Of a DNA stretch of 64,000 bases, positions 12,471 to 24,551 are shown one piece after another. How positions within the stretch are numbered: position 1 is the stretch's first letter; each line of letters starts with the position of its first letter. This DNA is from Phoronis australis. Taxonomy: Eukaryota; Animalia; Phoronida. Location: assembly GCA_002633005.1 (NCBI GenBank), contig NMRA01000726.1, positions 101,873 through 165,872 of the forward strand, written 5' to 3'. A program made the translations under genes and the position numbers. Under the pieces are notes generated by a model that saw only the letters and a list, made by a program, of their open reading frames with translations, had not been told where the DNA came from and searched no databases.

Positions 12471-13143
12471 GTTGATCTTCAACAATTGTCATCCGCCATT
12501 CTAGACTTTACCTCAAGAATGGCAATTTTTAATTTTTATGTTACGCTACTTCAACTGTAGTATTGTTTGTAGCTAAACACTCTCTAGCAAACTTGAAAAA
12601 CTTCTATACAGCAACAATTAACTTTCCAGACAACACTGTCAAGCTTCTATTATTGATGAAAAGTAAAGTTGGTGAGAAAAAGCCTTCTCTTGACTTACAT
12701 TGCTCTTCCTTGTCTGGGTAGTTAACGCACTAACAGGAATATCATCAAGCATCTGGCATCGATGGCACGTTTTACATTCAACGATTCTCAGAATTCTGAA
12801 ATGAAGCATCAAATATTGCCTTATAACAACATTCTAACTTGGTAGGACAGGATTTATTAAATAAGAATTATTCCAGGTCAAAAATAATTTCTGGTTCTGG
12901 TGTTTTTTGACAAATTGACGCAGTGGAGAAATATTTCAGTTTGTATTTGATATTTGTAGCCGTGGACTAGTGGCAACAGTGCATGCTAGGGAGTCTCAGT
13001 CATAATTTTGGGATTCGAGGGGGCAACTAGTGAGTATAGTATCTTGTAATTTCGCACACTGTTAAATAACGTAGAAAAAATATCTGAAACTAAATAAGGC
13101 GATCCAGATCTTCCCAAGGATACTATTGTTTCATGAAATGAAG

Positions 13144-13398
13144 AATATAAATCAGTAAATAAAACAACAAGAATGGATCAAGTGAAATTTGAAATTTTCG
13201 GATGTAATAACTTCTTTTGTCAACAAAAACAGAAATAAAGTAAAATCAAACACAAAATGACAATTGACATATGAGATATTGTCATTTTGTGTTTGATTTT
13301 ACTTTATTTCTGTTTTTGTTGACAAAGGGAGTTATTACATCCGAAAATTTCAAATTTCACTTGATCCATTCTTGTTGTTTTATTTACCAATTTATATT
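13144..13398. repeat. Long inverted repeat, ~120-bp arms with a 13-nt spacer
   Basis: 13144-13264 is the reverse complement of 13278-13398 with only a few mismatches. Confidence 0.95.
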
Positions 13399-14576
13399 TG
13401 CACACTGTTACAAATTATGGGTGCCCTTCACACAAAAGGTCTTTGGAAATTGACAAGCAAGGTCAGTCGGCAAAGCAGTTCCTTGTCAACCCTGGTCTTA
13501 CTCTTACCAGGGGTTTTTGGTCCTGATTAAAAGATAACTGTTTATTACCCCCAATGATTTTTGACATAAAAATACTATTGCTCACATGTTGCACACACAA
13601 AAGAAGCCAGAATTAGTCATAAGGACCAGGCACACTGGTATAGCTATAGTAATCCCAAACAGTATGTAGGCCTAACATTCCTTAAGTTACAAAGTTGGGA
13701 AATCTGATGCAACGCACTGCCTACATTACAATGGATTGAATAATTATTATACATTTTGATGTTTTCTGCATAAACGGCAGATCCCATAAACGTTTCTTCA
13801 TCATCAGAAGCTTTTGTTGGCATAATAAGAATTAAGCTTTGACTTTGAGTTTGAGCAAAGCTGGTGACCATCATCTATGTTTTTAAATACTTCCAATGAA
13901 CAACACATAACTTATGTCCCAGAGTTAGAACTAAAGTTTAAATAAGTCAAGTTTTTAAATAGGTGAAATGGGAATTCATCGCAGTGGCAGCTTACGCGAC
14001 CCGGCTAAATGGAACTGTTCCAGTTTAGAGACAACCCAACCGGTACGCCTTTCACAACCTTTCAGCAGGTTCGTCAGCTGTGATTTTCACACTTCCGCAT
14101 CATGATTAACCAACTGCGCATGCTCATTTTTTATCAACAAGTTTGGCATGTTCGTCACTCTGCACGCGGAAGTCTTTTATCGTTGCCAAAAAAGCAAAAT
14201 ATAGGGTCAGATATGTATGTTTTCAACAGCACAAGATTTCGTTAATGCTTGGACAATATTGGTGTGAGTTAACGTAAGTATTTTGGGGCTCTTAAAACTT
14301 TCTGTTCCATCACCGGTCAGGTGACACTGACAGTGACAGGTTGTTGCGTCGTGACTGATCGTGAATGACTCGTCATAACTGACAACAGAGATTTGACGAT
14401 GGGTCAAACAGTTTTGTTTACATGAGTGCCCTCTAATTTGTGAGGTAAGCAGATGGTACGATTGTGTCCTTTGTCTCCCACCGAGTGTAGTTTACGAACA
14501 CGAAACTTTTTAAAAAGTTCCGATCAAGAAACTGACTTTTTATTTAACCGCATTTTATTTAACCACTGGTTTCAAA

Positions 14577-14651
14577 CACAAGCGACCTCAGCTTCTGATC
14601 GTCCCCAATATGTAGTGTATTGGGGACGATCAGAAGCTGAGGACACCTGTG
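14577..14651. mobile_element. 75-bp palindromic MITE with 8-bp TSD (hAT- or P-like)
   Basis: Perfect 25-bp inverted repeat cctcagcttctgatcgtccccaata (14586-14610 / 14618-14642); CA...TG termini; gtttcaaa duplicated at 14569-14576 and 14652-14659. Confidence 0.85.
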
Positions 14652-16218
14652 GTTTCAAATAGTTTCTTGATTTGATGACAAGTGATATCTGGTTATGAAC
14701 TGACACTGTTTACTGTTATAGATTCATATCATATGACAAGCTGGTCTAGGACTATAGCCATCCAGCTAGATTTGTACCAAGGCTACTAGGGCTATAACGA
14801 AAGTAGTGCCAGTAATTCTCTCCAAGAAGAAGTTAACATAACTTAAACATTGACATACTGTATGGTTATCGCGTGCAGTGAAAAAGTTAACGGTAACCAA
14901 TAAAGTGGAGTTGGAATTCCTCGACAAAATCAGCTGAATTCTCACAACTAAACTTCATCGAAGATAAATGTATATATAGATGTAGAAAGGACCAATGATG
15001 AAAGTAAGCGCTTTTTTAATTGAAAGTGTGGAATTTATTTTTGATGAGGGGAAAACTCAAAATCGGTGACCGGATTTGGGTTACCGCCCGTTTAAAATAC
15101 ATGTAACGAAATGAGTACAGAAAGCGAATGGACGTATTGTAGCCCCTAAATGGCCAACCGAGGGGCTACGTGTTGCCTAGAGTAAAACTAGACCGCTCTT
15201 TTACTTTTTTCTAATCGTAACTCGGCCTATTATACCTCGACCTCTTGGGTCAGTCGTATTATTTTTTGTGGTAGGTTAATTTGCATGTAGCTGAAGCAAT
15301 ATTTGTACAAGAATAAAATGAAAAAATGTAGCAAATTTTTTACAAAGTTCTAGAGTTGAGTGCCTTCATATCTTTCATTCACCACTTAATCTCCCAGGGC
15401 GACATGTTCTATTTGTGATTTCAAGGTCCTAATGTGAAAAGGGTAAAATAAATAACATAAATTCAAAGGATTTCCAGGAAAAGGTCCCAAATTCCGTATC
15501 CTACCCAACTATGGCTTTGTTGGTTACTGTGAATGAAGGCATCATTTTATACCATTTTTGGAAAAGGGATATTTGTAGGTGTTTGTGTATAGGACGAAAA
15601 TCGGTGAAAAGGATTGTTTCAGAGCATTTTCTGCGAAAAAGGTCAGGGTCATTTCAGAAACCTAAAATTTGTCGAAAGGAGTGAAATTATGACCCCCAGT
15701 TCATTCATGCATACTAGCCTTATACTACACAACCTGGTCACATGTAGTTATTGAATATTAGAATTTGTGTCTGATTTTAGATTCTACTGTAGTAGGTGTG
15801 TGTGTCTGGCAAAAGAATTTTAACCGCTGATTTGCTGATGTTCATGGGGACCTGGATAAGATAATCATACAGTACGCAATGCATGTTACAGGCATATCAC
15901 TTCAACTTCTAGATTGACAGGGTGGGCATTTTATTGTATCTGATTATTTATAAATTATCAAGTAGTTTTATTAATCAATTTGCAGTTGCATTTAGGTCAA
16001 TAAAAATGGGTGATTCACTCCATCAGACGCATTTGCACGAGGTGCACGTGACATGGGCAGCTTACACGGAGCAGCTCATCGGTACAAGAATGTGTGCAAA
16101 CACAACTGACATGGTGCAAACCGACACCACACAGGCCTTTATGCAGCGTATGTCCCTAGCACTAATATGGACACCCTAGAAAGGACACCCAATGTATCAT
16201 TTGGAGGCCCACTATCAA

Positions 16219-19200
16219 TAGGAACCTTTCAAGTTTGGACACACACATTGTAATGATCACTAGGAAGCCTATGAAGATTCACAGTAGCGGCTCTTTTTTC
16301 AAAGCAGAAAGAAATATACAATGTATAAGTATATACAATGTTGCTATGCTCATGCTTGGTTGATAGCATTGTAAAAGTCTTGGTATCCACAGTTTTTTTT
16401 TAGTAAATATGCTCACTACAGAAGGCTGTTTTATAAACTTAGATGTAAAAACCTTGGTCTATGCATTTTTTTTGTAAAAAAATCTGCGTGTTTGAGGGAA
16501 TTACTGGGGGTGGGGGGTTACGCATCAGAATCATGGACGCCCTGGAATATTGGGAACCCCATTTTGGACACCCTGTTTTCGAAATCCTGGATAAAGGCCT
16601 GCACCACGGCGGCCTTTTTTTGCCACCGGTTTGATAGGTAGGGCAAGTTCCACTTGATCAGTTGTTCCCATGTCAACTGCACATCTAAACATAAGATGGG
16701 GCAAGGTAGAAGTGAGATTATTGCACTTGCGTGGAATTAAGCATTTATATATAGGAATAGGATCACTTTATCACTTTGTTTTGGATTTTCGATGGCCATG
16801 GTTTATTCAAACATGCGCAGACAGTCTTCATAATTGATTGGCTTCCATGCAGATCTTGTTTTCAATAGTGTCTTACGGTATAACAGTAACTCAAGTGCAT
16901 CATCTCCCACCAGGCATGACAACTTGCACAGTGGCAACTGTTCCTTGTGTAAAAATGGCTATTGCCTCAAAAACGCCTTTTATTATTTAGGATATTAAAT
17001 TATGTGGTCATCAATAGAAATTTTAATTTTTCAACTGAACATATTTTGCTCCCTTGTTCATTCAGGTTCTGCTGAACAAATGTCATCCGTCAAGTGTTTC
17101 GCAGTCGAATTTATTTGTTGTTATTCAGGGTCGTCGATCATTTCAGTAATTATTTTCTTGGAAATATTTTATACAAACATGTTTAAAGCCTAACTTCAAC
17201 AGCATTTTGTTATTTTAGGTGTATTGGGCTAACCAGATAGTCCTAGGAAAGTTTTAGTAAAATAAGAAAATGTAATCCCGTTTAATGATAAGTGAAGCTG
17301 CCATTTCGTGCCATGTTGCGTCACCGTGAGATCCCAGCAAAAACAACGAACTGTTGTATTGAACAGGGGTCCGAATAGAACACCATTGTGTGCGAGTGTT
17401 ATTCGCTGCTGTTTGAATTAAAAGGTGATTCTGGAGGTGACGTAGACAAAAGCAAGCCAATAGCCTAACAGTTCGTATACATTTACCGATTTATGGCACT
17501 AGTGGGCTCAGAGCGATGCGCTTAACATACTGTATGAACCAAATTTACAGGTGTTACTGTTGAAGATAGGCTTTAATGTATATAAGTGATGTGATTTCTT
17601 CATTGTAATATGGTAACTGTTCACTTCATTGTTGTGGACTAACTTTGTACACTACTGTCATGTATGAACTGGGAGTAATATTGGTCCTATGTATGACTAA
17701 TCAGAATGTGTAAGAGTTACTCCAACACTATTTTCATGCTTGCAGTCATATTTATGACTTGTCATCATGATTGGCTTGGAGGAGGTAAGCAGTCCTTATA
17801 TTAGCTTGGAATTTTGTGTCCAGGGAGGTAAATTGTGGGTTTTGTTCATGCACAACAGTCCTTTTCAAAATGGCAGGCAAGGTCTCAGTGAAAGCAGTTC
17901 AGTTATGAATAGCTGAGCCCTGGATAAACGATTTTCTCCTGACTTTCATAGAACATGGGAGAAAATGGACAGTTGTCGTATCTGGCTTGGTATGCAAAAT
18001 TGTATATGATAATTAGAATGTTTTGCATTGAACTTGAAGCATTTAGAGTATTTTTTTAATTATGGGTTTTAATGTTAGGTATGTTTGTTTTATTGCAGAG
18101 TACTGTTTCATTGGATGATGGGTCAGTAGGATGTATTTCATCTTTCTACCCAGCAGTATTTCTTTCATGAGAAACTTCTCTGCCTGTTCTGTGCACAACC
18201 TGTACTATGTAGTCTCATCCACGTAATTTGTTTTACACTGGACACACTGCTGGTCTTCATACCGGGATTTTCTGTAGATCAACTCACCTGCTGAAACGCC
18301 CATGGGCATTTATTCAGAAAATTATGACGAATAGATGCTCATGGGGGTTTATTTGGGGCTACAACTTCTGGTGTCAAGTGTCCATATAGTGGGGTGTTTA
18401 TTCAGAAAATTTCCTCTTGAAAAGCCACTAAGCGTCAACTTTTGGTCACAAATTCAATTTTGTGGAGCATTTGTCATTTATAAAAACATGCAAGGTGCTG
18501 GAGAACTATGCATTTATTAACATAGAATTTAAAAGCACATTTTCAAGTAAAAATTGTCAAAGTCATGAAACCTACGACTTTCCGTTTACACGCCCCCCCC
18601 CCCTTTTCTGAATGAACACCAGGTGTTTATTTGGTGTTTTTAAAGTGTCTGAAATTTTTCATTTTCCAAATACCTGCCTAGGGGCTTATCTACGGAAAAT
18701 TCCGGTACTTCTCCTTACTCGCTACCCAGCNTAAAATCAAATGAAACATGCATATGTGTACATGAAGTTATAATTAACACATACCCTGACTCTGGACACA
18801 ATTAAGTCTACAAATAACTTAAGCATATCAATGAAAACCTCGCGGTTCTCTCGAGTTTCTCTCACTGGCCGCCATTTTGCGGAAGTTACGTGAAATCACG
18901 CGTGTTGACGAACAAAAAGTCCAAGGGACACAAATCTTACAAATTTCACTTGATATTTTCTCATGCTATTTTGCAAGTGTCACGCGCCAGGTCACGCTCC
19001 AGATCTCGCGCTTCGCTCAGTCTCGCGCTAGCTTTTGCCTCATGCTCACCTGACTCACTTGAAATACTTAATTGTGCTTATCGCGCGCGCGGACAAAGTT
19101 AACAGTAACCACAAAGTGGAGTTGGAATTCTTCGCCAAAGTCACCTGAATTCCCGTATATATGCTTCATCGAAGATACGTTTAGAAGCAGAAAGAGTTAC

Positions 19201-21504
19201 TGAAGAAAGTAAGAGCCTTTTAGGTGGTAATTTTAGGTGCAGAATGTATTTTTGACGAGGTGAAAACTTTATCAGTGAGCGGATTTCGCCTTCCGCCCGT
19301 TTAAAATACACGGGATGAAATTAGTGCAGAACGCGATAGAACGTATTGTAGTGCAAATCTGAATTTCATTTGCCATAACAGCAATGCTTTTTGGACATTT
19401 TTCGAACTAAACGACTAAAAACTCGAAGACAATAACAGAATACACTCTGCTACCGTATTGGGCAAATGACCAAACGACAAGCTTTTGCCCCACTTCCCGT
19501 GACGTCACAGTTAAGTCTCACATAATCTCGCGTTACTGTTATAAACTCGCAAAAGGCCTATAGGAACCTTTCAAGTTTGGACACACACATTGTAACGATT
19601 ACTAGGAAGCCTATGAAGACTCACAGTGGTGGCTCTTTTTTCAAAGCAGGAAGAAATATACAAAGTATATACAAAGTATATACAATGTTGCTATGCTCAC
19701 ACTTGGTTGATAGCATTGTAAAAGTCTTGGTCTACACAGTTTTTTTTTAGAAAAAATGCTCACTACAGAAGGCTATTTTGTAAACTTAGATGTAAAAACT
19801 TTGGCTGATGCATTTTTTGTAAAAAAATGTGCATGTTTGGGGGGATTACTGGGGGTGGGGGGGGGGTTACGCGTCGGAATTATGGACGCCCTGGAATATT
19901 GGGAACCCCATTTTGGACACCCTATTTCCGAAATCCTGGATAAAGGCCTGCACCACAACGGCCCTTTTTTGCCACACCTTTGATAGGTAGGGCAAGTTCC
20001 ACTTGTCAGTTGTTCCCATGTGAACTGCACATCTAAACAAGGTAGAAGGGAGATTATTACACTTGCGTGGAATTAAGCATTTAAGTGAAGCTGCCGTTTC
20101 GTGCTATGTTGCGTCACCGTGAGATCCCAGCAGAAACAACGAACTGATGTATTGAACAGGGGTCTGAATAGAACACCATTGTGTGAGAGTGTTATTCGCT
20201 GCTGTTTGAATTAAAAGGTGATTTTGGAGGTGACGTAGACAAAAGCAAGCCATTAGCCTACCAGTTCGTTACATTTACCAATTTATGGCACTAGTGGGCT
20301 CAAAGCGATGCGCTTAACATACTGTATGAACCAAATTTACAGGTGTTACCGTTGAAGATAGGCTTTAATGTATATAAGTGATGTGATTTCTTCATTGTAA
20401 TATCATAATGGTAACTGTTCACTTCATTGTTGTGGACAAACTTTGTACACTACTGTCATGTATGACTAATCAGAATGTGTAACCAGTTACTCCAACATTA
20501 AATTCATGCTCACAATCATATTTATGACTTGTCATCATGATTGGCTTGGAGGAGGTAAGCAGTCCTTACGGTATATTAGCTTGGAATTTTGTGCCCAGGG
20601 TGGTAAATCCTGGGTTTTGTTCACGCACAACAGTCCTTTTCAAAATGGCAGGCAAGGTCTCAGTGAAAGCAGTTCAGTTATGAATGGCTGAGCCCTGGAT
20701 AAATGATTTTCTCCTGACTTTCATTGAACATGGGAGAAAATGGACAGTTGTTGTATTTGACTTGGTATGCAAAATTGTATATGATTATTAGAATGTTTTG
20801 CATTGAATTTGAAGCATTTAGAATAATTTTTGAATTATGAGTTTTAAAGTTGGGTATGTTTGTTTTATTGTAGAGTACTGTTTCATTGGATGATGGGTCA
20901 GTAGGATGTATTTCATGTTTCTACCCAGCAGTATTTCTTTCATGAGAAACTTTTCTGCCCGTTCTGTGCACAACCTGTACTATGTAGTCTCTTCCACGTA
21001 ATTTGTTGTACACTGGACACACTGCTGGTCTTCATACCGGGATTTTCTGTAGATCAACTCACCTGCTGAAACGCCCATGGGCATTTATTCAGAAAGTTAT
21101 GACGAATAGATGCTCAAGGGGGTGTATTTGGGGCTACAACTTCTGGTGTCAAGTGTCCATATATTGGGGCGTTTATTTGGAAAATTTCCTCTTGAAAAGC
21201 CACTAAGCGTCAACTTTTAGTCACAAATTCAATTTTGTGGAGCATTTGTCATTTATAAAAACATGCAATGTGCTGGAGAACTATGCATTTATTAACATAG
21301 AATTTAAAAGCACATTTTCAAGTAAAAATTGTCAAAGTCATGAAACCTACGACTTTCCGTTTACACGCCCCCCCCCCTTTTCTGAATGAACACCAGGTGT
21401 TTATTTGGTGTTTTTAAAGTGTCTGAAATTTTTCATTTTCCAAATACATGCCTAGGGGCTTATCTACGGAAAATTCCGGTACTTCTCCTTACTCGCTACC
21501 CAGC
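16219..21504. other. Near-identical direct duplication 16219-18730 / 19561-21504 (probably uncollapsed haplotypes)
   Basis: The first copy ends exactly at the single N at 18731; differences are scattered SNPs and indels. Confidence 0.85.
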
Positions 21505-23152
21505 TGAAACAGGTAACCTACTTCATAGAGATAGTAGATGGTTTTTGTTTTCATTAAAAATGCAAATCTTGGCTGTCTCACAGTCAGATTTTTCTTTGTC
21601 CTCCCCTCGTCTTATTTCTGTATTCACGTCCAGGTAATAAACCCCTCTAGCGCTCTCTGGGCTTAACTCCAATTATTGTAGGTTATATTTTTCTTAGATA
21701 AACATTAAAAACCTGTGATGACATTCATTGAGCACTGACCCAGTAGAGGTTTCAGTTTTCAGTCGCTCCTTTTATTTGAAGAAGCACTTTGGCTGCTGTT
21801 GTCCCTTGCATTAAGTGCACAGTACTGCAGTATCTCACAATGTCAACTTTTAGACAAATTCGGAACATCGTATCTCGGGCTGGTTGTAGTTACATGAAAC
21901 TTTCAGATATTATACCTTGTGTTCTCCAAAAGACTATGAGGAATTGTTTTTTAGTTCCTCTTCTGCATCAAGAGCTATCAAAAATAGGACTTATATATGA
22001 TTTTATGAACAAAAATTTAATAAGGACTAAAGAGTAATAACTTAGAAAACTGTAACATTGTTTTCCAAGTTTTTTTCATTTATGTCATACTCATTTGGTC
22101 ATGTTATTGATTCTGTTGTTGTGCTATGAATGTTGTTTTCTTTTTTACAAAATTTTCCTAAAAAAGAAAAGTCCTGTGACCTAATTAGTGGCAATGTGGT
22201 TTAGAAGTCAATATGAACTTCCACGGAATTTATGCTTTGCTGAGGTAGCTTTGTAGATATTTGGCTCAATGTAGACTTGGCAATGATGTCCTACATGGGC
22301 TTATGTTAATGAGCTCATGTAAGTTGCTCTGCTCATACATTTACTTTTGCAATGCATGCACATGAAAATGAAAAATAAAAATGTGAGTGAGGCACAATGA
22401 AACTTTCTTCGCCTTTCCTTAAGTCCACTCAGGAATGTGTTTACATGTAGAAAACTAAGTCAATCATAGTAGACACTTTTTTATATTTTCTAAGGAAGAG
22501 CAATGACTTCAGGATGTGGGTAGTGTTTTTGTAACTGACTCACTGGGTTACTCATCAGCATTAGGTTTGATATTGCCTGTCACATTTACAGTGTGTTTGT
22601 TGCCAGTCAACCGTTTGACTTGGAATGACGTCACACATTGCGGGTATTTTCACGTGCTGAAAAGACAAAATCGGGAGCGCTTTTGATCCAAATGTTATGA
22701 ACGAATGTTAGTTATAAAAGCAGGAGACCAGAAGTCAGGGTCAGACAAGTTTTATTGTGCCTCACTCAGCCTTATTTTGTTGGGATTTGCATTATAATTT
22801 GGTAAAACTTTAATTCACGTTAGAATTACAACGGGGGGAGGGGGGAGGCGAGGGGGTGGAACATTTAAATGTAAAAGTGGCAATGGTGTGCATATATGAG
22901 TTGGGACAAGTGCTCAATGGATAGGAAGAATTATGGGTAAAATTTACCACAAAACCATAGAGGGTGCTATAGTATTCATGTAAGTGTTGCACCTTTAAAG
23001 TGGAACTTGCACACTAATTCTTTATCTCTGTGATTGGTTGGCCAAGTTAGTTAGAAAAACAACATATATCGATGATGTGAATATGAGGTAGGTTGAAAAT
23101 TGCTAAAGGTTTTTTAATACAAGTTTTTTGTATAAAACGATCCGCCGCAAGT

Positions 23153-24293
23153 ACGTATTTTAATAATTCTTGATCAGAAAAATATGTATCAGAGTCCTAC
23201 TCTGAGTAATAATTCTACAGAATATTGCATCATTTTTGCATTAATAACGTGTCCGCATGTCGAGAACCAGTTTGAAGCCTGTATACTCAATGGAGAAAGC
23301 TGGTTCTCAAAATGCTAGGCTGATGCATTATAGCCAGCTATTACTTTTTTCGTCTCAGATGCCAGGATGTTTGAATTCTTGTATGCATAGCTGACTGGTC
23401 TTTCAGGAAGCATTGACAAAAATATTAGTGTTTTGAGAGTGCATACCACCCTGAACTGACATTTTGTATATTATCATGACATATAATTGTATATAGAACA
23501 TTATTAATGATAACATTATGTAATGGCATACACTAACATCGTTCTTGTGGTATCATTGCCCACCTGATCTCTTTTGGAGGAGTTAAATAAAACAGACATC
23601 TTTAGCGTGAAACGTGACCTTGAAAAAACTCAGCCCACAGGTCCTGCTAGTATGCTGGGACTAGGAAACAGTAAGAGACTGGTTCCTAGGCTGGGAGTAT
23701 AGCCCCAGGACTAGGTGACTGCNACGTATTTTAATAATTCTTGATCAGAAAAATATGTATCAGAGTCCTAGTCTGAGTAATAATTTTACAGAATATTGCA
23801 TCATTTTTGCATTAATATCGTGTCCGCATGTCGAGAACCAGTTTGAAGCCTGTATACTCAATAGAGAAAGCTGGTTCTCAAAATGCTAGGCTGATGCATT
23901 ATAGCCAGCTATTACTTTTTTCGTCTCAGATGCCAGGATGTTTGAATTCTTGTATGCGTAGCTGACTGGTCTTTCAGGAAGCATTGACAAAAATATTAGT
24001 GTTTTGAGAGTGCATACCACCCTGAACTGACATTTTGTATATTATCATGACATATAATTGTATATAGAACATTATTAATGATAACATTATGTAATGGCAT
24101 ACACTAACATTGTTCTTGTGGTATCATTGCCCACCTGATCTCTTTTGGAGGAGTTAAATAAAACAGACATCTTTAGCGTGAAACGTGACCTTGAAAAAAC
24201 TCAGCCCACAGGTCCTGCTAGTATGCTGGGACTAGGAAACAGTAAGAGACTGGTTCCTAGGCTGGGAGTATAGCCCCAGGACTAGGTGACTGC
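23153..24293. other. Direct duplication 23153-23722 / 23724-24293 across the N at 23723
   Basis: 570-bp copies with only a handful of SNPs, joined by one N. Confidence 0.9.
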
Positions 24294-24551
24294 CCCTGCC
24301 CATGAAGCCGATGAACACAACAAGGAAATCCATGGTCCTCCAGGTGCTATATCCAAAACAATGTTATCTAAGAGTAGCTAACTAAATAAACAGAACCAAG
24401 TGACCCCTCATTATGGTGCTATTGACATGTTACCTGTATCATGGTAACCTTTAAAAGCCTGTGGAGCTCCAGATCAAGGTTTAGCTCTGAACAATACCTT
24501 ATCTGGTATTTTTCTCCAAGCTTGATTATCTTGCTGCCTCACTGAGTACAG

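Noticed and set aside
19756-20030. ORFs within the duplicated block
   Set aside because: The frames are not preserved in the other copy and partly run through a repeat element.
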